Of a stretch of 64,000 nucleotides of DNA, positions 51,870 to 61,110 are shown one piece after another. Source of the DNA: an uncultured Actinomycetes bacterium. GTDB taxonomy: Bacteria > Actinomycetota > Thermoleophilia > RBG-16-64-13. Location of the stretch: positions 383,395 to 447,394 of the forward strand of contig CAWJDT010000004.1 in assembly GCA_963841735.1 (NCBI GenBank). Direction: 5' to 3'. The notes beneath the pieces are model-generated. The model searched no databases. It worked only from the letters and a program-made list of their open reading frames with translations, and was not told where the DNA came from. Positions within the stretch are counted from its first letter, which is position 1. Each line of letters begins with the position of its first letter. A program made the translations under genes and the position numbers.

Positions 51870-52919
51870 CTATGAGCCGACGATGCGGCCGAAGATCATC
51901 TTTCCGGTGGGATTCTGCAGCACAGAGCTCACTTCTACCTGCACATGCTCGCCCACCCGGCTGCGGCCGCCCTCGATAACCACCATGGTACCGTCGTCGA
52001 GATAAGCCACCCCCTGATCGGCCTCCTTGCCCTCACGGAGCACCCGCACACCTAGCGTCTCCCCTGCCAGCACAACGGGCTTTACCGTGTGGGCGAGTTC
52101 ATTGACATTAAGCACGTCAACCCCCTGGATCTGAGAGATCTTGTTGAGGTTGTAGTCGGTGGTGATGATACAGGCCCGCATCTCCTTGGCCAGTTTGACC
52201 AACTTCGCATCTACTTCGGAGATGGCAGGAAAGTCCCTCTCGATGATGCTGACTTGGGCGCTGCTCCCCTGAAGCTCGTGCACAGTGTCGAGGCCGCGCC
52301 GGCCCCGAGCCCGCTTGCCCGGCTCGGCCGAGTCGGCTATGGATTGCAGCTCCTCCAGCACGAAGCTGGGGATGACCATGTCTCCCTCGATAAAGCCGCT
52401 CGCCACGACCCCGCCGATGCGACCATCGATGATGGCTGAGGTGTCGAGCAACTTGGGACGCATGAACTGCTTCGCTCCGGGCTGTTGCAGCAAGCCCTTG
52501 AAGCCAAGCACCCGGGCCAAGTCGGTGTGCCGCTTGTAACCCAGATAGGCGAACAGGTAGCCGCTGACTGCGTAGAGCACGGGAAGCAGGTAGACTCCCA
52601 CCACCGGCAGATCTTTGATGGCCATCCCGCCCAGACCGGCAACGGCCAGTCCCGCCAGAAGGCCCACAGTGGTGAAGATGAGCCCGCTGGCCGTAACCAA
52701 CGAACTGGCCCTGTCGAGACCGCGGCCCAGCTTCGTGACAGCCTTGCCCAAGAAGTGGCCGACCAGACCCCCCACGAGGATGCCGCCCAACACGCACGCC
52801 GTCACCCAGAGCCCGTAGGGGTGAGATTCAAGGTTTGCCCCAGACAAGAAGCGGACGCCCAATTCGTGGGCGATGACGCCACCCACCAGAGCAAGTACCA
52901 GCCTCAGGGCGAATACCAT
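51870..52919 (-). CDS. yacL: PIN/TRAM domain membrane protein
   Basis: LDTSAIIDGRI, RGRRGLD, TTDYNLNK, YLDDGTMVV. Confidence 0.9.
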   Translation of the reverse strand: MVFALRLVLALVGGVIAHELGVRFLSGANLESHPYGLWVTACVLGGILVGGLVGHFLGKAVTKLGRGLDRASSLVTASGLIFTTVGLLAGLAVAGLGGMAIKDLPVVGVYLLPVLYAVSGYLFAYLGYKRHTDLARVLGFKGLLQQPGAKQFMRPKLLDTSAIIDGRIGGVVASGFIEGDMVIPSFVLEELQSIADSAEPGKRARGRRGLDTVHELQGSSAQVSIIERDFPAISEVDAKLVKLAKEMRACIITTDYNLNKISQIQGVDVLNVNELAHTVKPVVLAGETLGVRVLREGKEADQGVAYLDDGTMVVIEGGRSRVGEHVQVEVSSVLQNPTGKMIFGRIVGS

Positions 52920-52923
52920 GGGA

Positions 52924-53436
52924 CTAGACTCCCACCAATCGGGGCTGAGCGCAGGCCTCAGTGAGCACGCCGTCAAGGAACTTGACGGCGTCGTCCAAAC
53001 GCATCTCCTTGGCATACATCAGCTCAGACGCCAGGATCTGCTTGACCTTACTTAGCATCTGCTTCTCGCCGGTGGACAACCCCTTGTCGTGATCGCGCAG
53101 CGCCAGGTTGCGCACCACGTCGGCGATCTCAAGGGCATCGCCCGTCTTTAGCTTCTCGAGATTGTGCTTCACCCGGCGGTTCCAGTTCAGTGGCATCACA
53201 GTGGCGTCGTCGCGCAGCACACCCAGAACCTCTTCGACCATGGGCTCGGATATCACCGGGCGGATGCCGGCCTTCTCGGTGCCGTCGACCGGCACCATGA
53301 TGGTCATGTCGCTGTGGAGAATGCGAATGCGGTAGTAGCGTTGGGCTCTTCCCAAGAATTGCTGCTCGACCTCTTCCAGGATGCGGCCGGCTCCATGATG
53401 AGCGCTGAAAACTGTATCGCCTATCCTGAACATCAT
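52924..53436 (-). CDS. carD: CarD family transcription factor
   Basis: F.IGD.V....HGAG, NWNRR, GLSTGEK. Confidence 0.9.
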   Translation of the reverse strand: MMFRIGDTVFSAHHGAGRILEEVEQQFLGRAQRYYRIRILHSDMTIMVPVDGTEKAGIRPVISEPMVEEVLGVLRDDATVMPLNWNRRVKHNLEKLKTGDALEIADVVRNLALRDHDKGLSTGEKQMLSKVKQILASELMYAKEMRLDDAVKFLDGVLTEACAQPRLVGV

Positions 53437-53446
53437 CGGCGCCCCA

Positions 53447-54548
53447 TCATACTTCCCAGCCCCTTTCGAACAGGGCTCTGTCTCGCAAGCGAGCAAGACA
53501 TTCCTTGATCTCCACGGCCCTGGCTAGGTTAAGTCCGCCCACCGTGCCCAGCTCCTCCGTGGGAGCCTTGAGGACGGTCTGCAACGAGCCGAAGCGGGCC
53601 ATAAGGTTGGCTGATCTGCTGTTCTCCAAGTCGCGGGACCCGACGGAGCATACGGTAGCCCCGCGGATGCATGGGCTCCTCAAGCGTGGTGAGATCGGAA
53701 GCATAGCCAAGAATATGGGCGATGCCGTCGATGGAGATGCGCTCGTCGGAGGGAAGTGCTATCAGCGCCTCCCGGGCTTCCTCTAACCGAGCAGCACTGG
53801 GATCGGGCAGGTAGTCGGCAAGCACCGCCGTGCGTTCTTCGCGTACGTTAACCAGGAGCTCCTCCATCTGTAGCTGCACCAAACGCCCCTCGGTGCCCAA
53901 CTCGATGACATACCGTTCGATGAGGTGCGAAAGGGTCAGAACCATCTCGGTGCGTTGCAGCATGTTGATGACGTCGAAAAGAGTAACCGCGTCCTGGAAC
54001 TCCAGCGCCGAAAGCGCGCTGGTGACATGATTCAACCGGGTCTTGAACCGCTCCAATGTCTGCAGCGCTTGGTCGGCCTTGCTGAGGATTACCCTTATGG
54101 GATCCATGATGTAGCGGAGGTCGCCGTAGTAGATGGTAACCACGTCACGCGCGGCCGAGATGGAGATGGCCAGCACGTCCAGCTGCTTTGCCGCCCGCTC
54201 GGCCGTCCGGTGGCGGGTGCCTGTCTCCTGGGACTCTATGTTGGCGTCGGGCATGAGCTGCACGTTGGCGTGCATGATGTGAGAACCCGAACGGTCGAGC
54301 AGTATGGCCCCATCCATCTTGGCCAGTTCGTACAGGATCATCGGCTTGAGGGCGACATCGATATCGATGCCCCCGGAAATCATCGGCCTGATCTGCCCCT
54401 CGTCGGCGAACACCAGCAGCGCGCCGGTGCGAGCCCGCACGATGTTGTCGATCGCCTGGCGGAGGACTGTGCCAGGTGCCATCATCTGAAGGGCCGCGAC
54501 AAGTCGTTCGTCCATGTCGCCAGGCCGCTCTCCGAGCCGTTTAACCAC
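53447..54548 (-). CDS. disA: DNA integrity scanning diadenylate cyclase, frameshift near 3' end
   Basis: YELAKMDGA, ETGTRHRTA, PRGYR, HhH tail. Confidence 0.92.
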
Positions 54549-55992
54549 TGCTGCTCCTCGCTGTCACGTACTTGACGGCCTGTTCCACATCGGTGATCGG
54601 CTCCAGTCTCAGACCAGATGCCGCTCCCCCAGGGCCGCTCGTGGTGCCGGACCTCTTCCCGGCAGCGGCGCCGCCCGATCCGCCGGCCAGGAACTCCTCG
54701 ACGTTGCGCGTAGGTACAAGAATCTGCTGAAAACCACGCCGGACCAGCTCTTGGATGCGCTTGTCGCCCTGAAGCGCGTAGCGCACCTTGCCGGTGAGGC
54801 TGACCTCGCCAAAGGCCGCCACGCCCTGCCCGCCGCTGCCGTCCCGGTAGGCCGAGGCTACCGCCAAGGCTACGGCCAGATCGGCCGCGGGATCCTCCAA
54901 AGCCAGTCCTCCTGCTACGTTAACAAAGATATCGCACTTGAACAGGGGCAGTCGCGCCCTCCTGTTCAGCACCGCCACTATCATGGCCAGACGGTTGCGG
55001 TCGACTCCTCGCGCTACCCGCTGCGGCATGGCCAGGTTGCTGGGAGCCACCAGAGCCTGCACTTCCGCCAGCAGGCAGCGGGTACCTTCCAGCACCGGCA
55101 CCACCACCGAGCCCGATCGGAGCTCTCCCTCTTCCAAGAACACCGAGGCCGGATCGGGCACCTCCACTAACCCCTGTTCGGCCATCTGGAACACGCCCAC
55201 CTCGTTGGTAGAACCGAACCGGTTCTTCACAGCCCTCAGGATGCGGAACGGTTGCGCCCTCTCCCCTTCGAACGACAAAACCGCGTCTACCATATGTTCA
55301 AGTACGCGCGGACCGGCCAATTCCCCTTCTTTTGTGACATGCCCGACCAAGACCAAAGCGATGTTGTTGTCTTTCGCTACTCGCAGAAGCTGCGCGGTGG
55401 CGTCGCGGATCTGGGCAACGGAACCCGGCGAGGAGCTCACCTCCTCGGACCAGAGTGTCTGCACCGAATCGACCACACAGACGGCCGGCTTTAGGTGCTC
55501 AAGGGCGGTGACCACGGTCTCGGTCTGCGTCTCGGGCAGTAGTCGCAGCTTGCTGGCGGCACCGCCCAGGCGAACGCTGCGGAGCTTGACCTGCGGAGAC
55601 GACTCTTCGCCCGAGATCAGCAGGCTGGAGATGCCGCGCGACTCCATGCTGAGCAGGGCCTGCAGCAGAAGGGTGCTCTTGCCCACACCGGGCTCGCCCC
55701 CCACCAACACCACCGAGCCGGCCACAAGCCCACCGCCGAGCACCCGGTTGAACTCCTCGAGACCGGTGTCGATGCGGGCCTGGGCGTCCATGTCGACGTC
55801 CGTGAGGTAGATGGGCGCGGGCGCCGCCGTAGGCGGACCCGCGCGCCGCGCGGCAGGTCCCCCGGGGCCCGCGGCCCGCGGCGGGGCCGCCTCAGCGATG
55901 GTGTTCCATTGACCGCAACCCGGGCAGCGTCCCAGCCATCCCGGAGAGATGTATCCGCATTCCTGGCAGACAAAGGACTGTCTACGCGCCAC
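54541..55992 (-). CDS. radA: DNA repair protein RadA/Sms
   Basis: C4 Zn finger, GEPGVGKST, KNRFG. Confidence 0.95.
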   Translation of the reverse strand: MARRQSFVCQECGYISPGWLGRCPGCGQWNTIAEAAPPRAAGPGGPAARRAGPPTAAPAPIYLTDVDMDAQARIDTGLEEFNRVLGGGLVAGSVVLVGGEPGVGKSTLLLQALLSMESRGISSLLISGEESSPQVKLRSVRLGGAASKLRLLPETQTETVVTALEHLKPAVCVVDSVQTLWSEEVSSSPGSVAQIRDATAQLLRVAKDNNIALVLVGHVTKEGELAGPRVLEHMVDAVLSFEGERAQPFRILRAVKNRFGSTNEVGVFQMAEQGLVEVPDPASVFLEEGELRSGSVVVPVLEGTRCLLAEVQALVAPSNLAMPQRVARGVDRNRLAMIVAVLNRRARLPLFKCDIFVNVAGGLALEDPAADLAVALAVASAYRDGSGGQGVAAFGEVSLTGKVRYALQGDKRIQELVRRGFQQILVPTRNVEEFLAGGSGGAAAGKRSGTTSGPGGAASGLRLEPITDVEQAVKYVTARSSSG

Positions 55993-56126
55993 GGGCAGCC
56001 AGGCTATCCTGTGGCAAAGCGTCGTGTCGAAGCGAGCCCGTCGGCTCCACCGTCGCCACGCGCTACCCTAAGCTCGTCTCAAGATGGCGCTTCGCCGGCA
56101 GGGTGCGATAGGCACGCAAGCCTCCA

Positions 56127-58617
56127 CTATGCCGTCTCGCCGGCCACAAGCACGTCCGGCGCGCCCTGAATGACCTCGCTGATGAACAGGTGATCACCTT
56201 CGCGGTCGAGCAGTACCGTGCTGCCCCGCGGGAACTTGCCGGACAGCACCTCTTCGGCCAATAGATCTTCCACATGCCGTTGGATGGCTCTGCGCAAGGG
56301 ACGAGCGCCCATGCTGGGGTCGTACCCTTCGTTCACCAGGAGCTCCTTGGCCTCCGGGGTGAGAGCCACACCGATCTCGCGGTCCCTGAGCTGCGCCTCG
56401 ACCCGGGCCATCACCAGCGCCACGATGTCGGCGATCTCTTCGCGGGTGAGTTTGCGGAACACGATGACCTCGTCCACCCGGTTGAGGAACTCGGGCCGGA
56501 ACACCGTCTTGAGCTCGGCGGTGACCCGCGTCTTCATCTCGTCGTATTCCAGGCCGCCGTCGGCCACCGGTTCGCCGAAGCCCAGCACCTGCCCTTTGGA
56601 GATGGTGGCCGCCCCGATGTTGGACGTCATGATGATGATGGCGTTGCGGAAGTCCACCGTGCGGCCCTGCGAGTCGGTGAGCCGCCCGTCTTCGAGTATC
56701 TGCAGGAGGATGTTGAACACGTCGGGATGGGCCTTCTCGATCTCGTCGAGTAGCACGACCGAATAGGGCCGGCGCCGCACCGACTCGGTGAGTTGGCCGC
56801 CCTCGTCGTAGCCGACGTATCCGGGCGGAGAGCCCACCAACCGGCTGACTGCGTGCTTCTCCATGAACTCCGACATGTCCACCTGGATGAGAGCCGCCTC
56901 GTCGCCGAACAGGAACTCGGCCAGGGTGCGGGCCAACTCGGTCTTGCCCACGCCCGACGGGCCCATGAAGATGAATGAGCCGGCCGGACGGTGCGGGTCT
57001 TTGAGGCCCGCGCGCGAGCGGCGGATGGCCCGAGAGACGGCCTTCACGGGCTCGTCTTGGCCCACCACACGCTTGTGCAGAGCTTCTTCCATGCGCAGCA
57101 GGCGGTGCGTCTCGGCCTCGGTGAGCTTGGTCACCGGGATGCCGGTCCACATAGCCGTGACTTCGGCAATTTCTTCTTCACCGATGGAGATCTCGGCCGC
57201 CTCGTCCGACTCCCGCCATTTCTCTTCGAGCTCGTGCCGCTGGTTGAGCAGCTTGCGCTCGCGGTCGCGGAGCGAGGCCGCCTTCTCGAAGTCCTGGACG
57301 TCGATGGAGACTTCCTTCTCCTTACGCACTTCGAGGATGGCGTCTTCGACTTCGCGCAGGTCGGGCGAAGAGCACATGTTCTGGATGCGTTTGCGCGACG
57401 CGGCTTCGTCCACCAGGTCGATGGCCTTGTCGGGCAGGAAGCGGTCGCTGATGTAGCGGTCGGCCAGGTAGGCCGCGGCTTCGAGGGCCTCGTCGGTGAT
57501 GCGCACCCGGTGATGGGCTTCGTAGCGCTCGCGCAGACCGGCCAGGATGCGCCGCGTCTCGTGGACGGTGGGCTCATTGACCATGATCTTCTGGAAGCGA
57601 CGCTCCAGCGCGGCGTCCTTCGACAGATGCTTGCGGTATTCGTCCAGGGTGGTGGCGCCGATGGTCTGCAGCTCACCACGGGCCAGAGCCGGCTTGAGGA
57701 TGGAGGCCGCGTCGATGGCCCCTTCGGCCGCGCCCTGCGCCCACCAGGTTGTGGATCTCATCGATGAACAGGATGATGTCGCCCCGTTCGGCGATCTCCT
57801 TCATGACCTTCTTGAGGCGCTCTTCGAACTCGCCCCGATACTTCGACCCGGCCACCAGCGCACCCAGGTCCAGGGTGTAGATCTGCTTGTCCTTGAGCAG
57901 ACCGGGCACGTCGTTCTTGGCGATCCGCCGGGCCAGGCCTTCGACAACGGCCGTCTTGCCCACTCCCGGCTCACCCACCAACACCGGGTTGTTCTTGGTG
58001 CGGCGGGAGAGGATCTGCATGACCCGCTGAATCTCGTTCTCGCGACCGATGACCGGGTCGAGCTTGTCTTCTTCGGCGTATTTGGTAAGGTTGCGCCCAA
58101 ACTGGTCGAGCACCTTGGAGCCTCTGCGCTCCTTGGACTCGCCGGCGGAGGTGGCGGTGGTACCCCGGCTGGCCTTCCGGGTCGGCGCCGAGAGCATGCG
58201 CAGCACTTCCTGGCGCACCCGCTCGGCTTCGACTTCCAGGTCGCTCAGGATGCGGGCGGCCACGCCTTCGCTCTCCCGCACAAGTCCCAGCAGGACGTGC
58301 TCGGTGCCGATGTAGTTGTGACCCAGGGACAGGGCTTCTCTCAGGGCAAGTTCTAGTACTTTCTTGGCGCGGGGAGTGAAGGGGATCTGACCCTGCGACT
58401 CGCTATCTCCCTCGCCCACGATGCGTGTGACCTCCGCCCGCACCTCTTCCAAGGTGACGTCGAGGGTGCCCAGCACGCGCGCGGCTACACCGTCGGCCTC
58501 GCGCAACAGCCCGAGCAGCAGATGCTCGGTGCCGATGTAGTTGTGACGCAGATTCCTGGCCTCTTCTTGAGCCAGAACGATGACCTGCCTGGCCCGTTCT
58601 GTAAATCGTTCGAACAT
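56127..58617 (-). CDS. clpC: ClpC ATPase, one frameshift
   Basis: MFERFT, two Clp-N repeats, [20 protein letters not shown] domain, GARPLRR. Confidence 0.95.
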
Positions 58618-58627
58618 CGAATCTCTC

Positions 58628-59664
58628 CTATCGCCGGACGCTTGTGCCCGCGAACAGGTCGCGCAACACCTGCGCCCTGCGCTGATCTATCTCGGGGCTC
58701 TCCAGGCAGCCCGTTCTTCCATCCATATAATCGACCACGATGTGCGCAGACTGAAGCCTGCTCATCAAACCGAAGAGCCGACTCGGTAGCCAGCCCCGGC
58801 GATTCTACCAACCCAGTGTCGACACCAACCTGAATGGCCGACACTAGGTTGACCGCCTCAAGAAACGAAACCGACCAGGCCTGTTGAGCGGCTCCAAGTG
58901 CCCTCCCTATCTGATCGCGGCTCTGGATAGGATGCTCCCGCAGGAGGACCTTCCTAACCGACCGTTCCTTCTCGCTGATATCCGCGCATATCTCGCTGAT
59001 TTGCTGGACTATCTCGCTCTCGGTCTTACCCTTGTGCCCCAGATTGGAAACCTGCACCACGCCCCCGGCGCCATCCCAAAGCGGGGCGATGCCGAGCCCC
59101 TGGGCCGCCAACTCCACCGCGGTGCCGGCCAGTCTGCCCGTGAGCAGGAGTGCCGGCAGCATCAGGGTGGCGAAGGCCCGCATCCCACTGCCCGCCTGCC
59201 CTGGCTGCGCCGATAAGATAACCCCAGCGCGCGTCAAAGGCATACGAGAACACGGTCTCGAGCTTGTCGTCGAGTTGACTGAGCAGCGCCCAGATCGACT
59301 CGAGCCGGCTCCCTTGCCGAAACCCGACGATGCGCAGATGATCCAGGCCGTTGATCTCCAAGGAAGCCTGACCCTCGCCGTATACAGCGAAACCCCGGCC
59401 CTCCCCCGCCCCGTCGGCAAACGCCGGGGTCATCAGACCCTGCTCTACCAGGTGATCGACCTCCACATAGGAGAGGCCTTCGAGGTCATAGACGCGCCAC
59501 GAACGTTCCCACTGCCCGCTTTCGAGCAGATCGACCACCTCGGCCTTCAGTTCGCGCAAAGACTCAGCCTCTTCCACATGAGGGAATCGCCGGCCACTCT
59601 CGTTGCGGGCCAGCACGACCCCTGAGGAAGCCACACCAAAGGAAGCCCCGCCACGCGGCGTCAT
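58628..59664 (-). CDS. mcsB: McsB protein-arginine-kinase homologue, degenerate active site, frameshifted
   Basis: SS...LARN..G..FP, IN..DHLRI, YAFD..WGYL, QVSN; lies between mcsA and clpC. Confidence 0.8.
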
Positions 59665-60248
59665 GCCGTGCTCCCCTCAAGCCGCTGCCCCAGCTCGGTC
59701 AACCGGTCGCGCACTCCGGCCGCTTCTTCGAACCGCTCGTGGGCCACCAGCTCGCGCAGCATGCGCTGAAGCCGGAGTATCTCGTGGCGCAGTGTGTCGC
59801 TCTCGGGTCCTCGGTGCGGGATCTTGCCCAGATGCTCCACCGGTTCGGGTCCGTTTTGAAGCGACGCCTCCAGGTAGTCCGCAAAGACCTCGTAGCACTT
59901 GGCGCAGCCCACCAGTCCCGACTCCTTGATGTCGGACGAAGTTGTGCCGCACACCCCGCAGAACTTGTCGTGGATGTTGTCAGCCGAAGGCCCCATGGGT
60001 GCTTCGTCGTCGACCGGCGGCGTGCTCTTGCCCAGGTTCCGCAGAACCGAGGGCACGGCCAGCACCAGCGCCAGGCCGTCCGTCTCCTCGGCGATACCCT
60101 CAGCACATTCGGGGCACAGGTGAGTGTGGCTCACCACTCCGTCGACCACCCGCAGCAGGTGGACCGAGGCCGGCTCCTCGCCGCACCGCTCGCACGTGAC
60201 CGAGCTGCCAACCTCAAAACTCCAGTCGGGCGGCTCTTCAGCGAACAC
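59661..60248 (-). CDS. mcsA: McsA (four CxxC motifs plus UVR domain)
   Basis: CERC, CPEC, CGVC, CAKC, H.GKIP, E.FEEAA.VRD. Confidence 0.88.
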   Translation of the reverse strand: MFAEEPPDWSFEVGSSVTCERCGEEPASVHLLRVVDGVVSHTHLCPECAEGIAEETDGLALVLAVPSVLRNLGKSTPPVDDEAPMGPSADNIHDKFCGVCGTTSSDIKESGLVGCAKCYEVFADYLEASLQNGPEPVEHLGKIPHRGPESDTLRHEILRLQRMLRELVAHERFEEAAGVRDRLTELGQRLEGSTA

Positions 60249-60579
60249 CCATTCCTCCTCTATCGCCAGACCCGCGCGGCACGGTAACGACCGGCCTGCC
60301 CACCGGCACCAACGTACGAGGAATTCGGCGCACATCGTGCCGGGAAGGGTCTTGGAATTACTGCCGAAAGTTTAGCATAGGGGGCTCGGGGCGCCGCTCA
60401 CGGGGGCCCGTGGAGTGGGGCGCCGGGACCGGCGCTTTATCCGGACCTTACAGCCGCTCGCCGAGGCGCGGGCCTGGGCCCGCGGGCGCGGGGTCGGCCG
60501 ACGGGGCGCGGGCTCATGATGAAGCGCTGGGGTTTGGCGGCCGCTTGAAACCTACCTGGAAGAGCCGCACCTATTCTGG

Positions 60580-60706
60580 GGGAAGGTGCCCAAATGACTT
60601 GACGCGGAACATTCCCCGCGGTCATCAAGCCAAAGTTTCCCGGCCCATCCAACTTCGTACCCCACTTGGCTGCATTGGCCTCACTATCTGCCAAGAACTT
60701 GCCCTC
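60580..60706 (-). pseudogene. Possible orphan Rhs toxin C-terminal remnant
   Basis: EGKFLADSEANAAKWGTKLDGPGNF with no start codon, directly after the immunity gene. Confidence 0.3.
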
Positions 60707-60717
60707 TCCGTCGAGAG

Positions 60718-61110
60718 CTAGGCATCCTCGTCCACCGCTCGTTGGCGCTCCTCTTCGAAAACCTGGCGCGCCTCAACGTCGCCATCGAAATATCGCTCCC
60801 AGAAGCCATCAGCAAGCCATCGGGCCGGCGCAATCTCAAGTACACAACCGCCCCGCCATTCAATCACCCAACTCGACGGAATCCTCGGGCTGACAATCTC
60901 GAACTGGCTGAGACGATAGATGGCAGGTGTCACGCCATCATCGCCAATCATCCTTGTTTCGAGGATACTCCTCTCGTCCAGAGACACGCCCAGCGCATGA
61001 TATTGGGTTCCTACGCTCAGCCAGCGACTCCGTTGAACCGGTTGGCCTTTCGAGTCAATAAGGCGCTGCCCCGTTCTCTCTTCCACTATGCAAATGCAGC
61101 GAAGTCTCAT
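60718..61110 (-). CDS. Putative Rhs immunity protein
   Basis: ATGA overlap with the toxin stop; GFWERYFDGD..A..VF motif. Confidence 0.7.
   Translation of the reverse strand: MRLRCICIVEERTGQRLIDSKGQPVQRSRWLSVGTQYHALGVSLDERSILETRMIGDDGVTPAIYRLSQFEIVSPRIPSSWVIEWRGGCVLEIAPARWLADGFWERYFDGDVEARQVFEEERQRAVDEDA

Noticed and set aside
60512-60565. Hammerhead-like TGATGA...GAAAC
   Set aside because: The core reads ATGATGA rather than CTGANGA, stem II is out of register, and there is no stem III with an NUH cleavage site.
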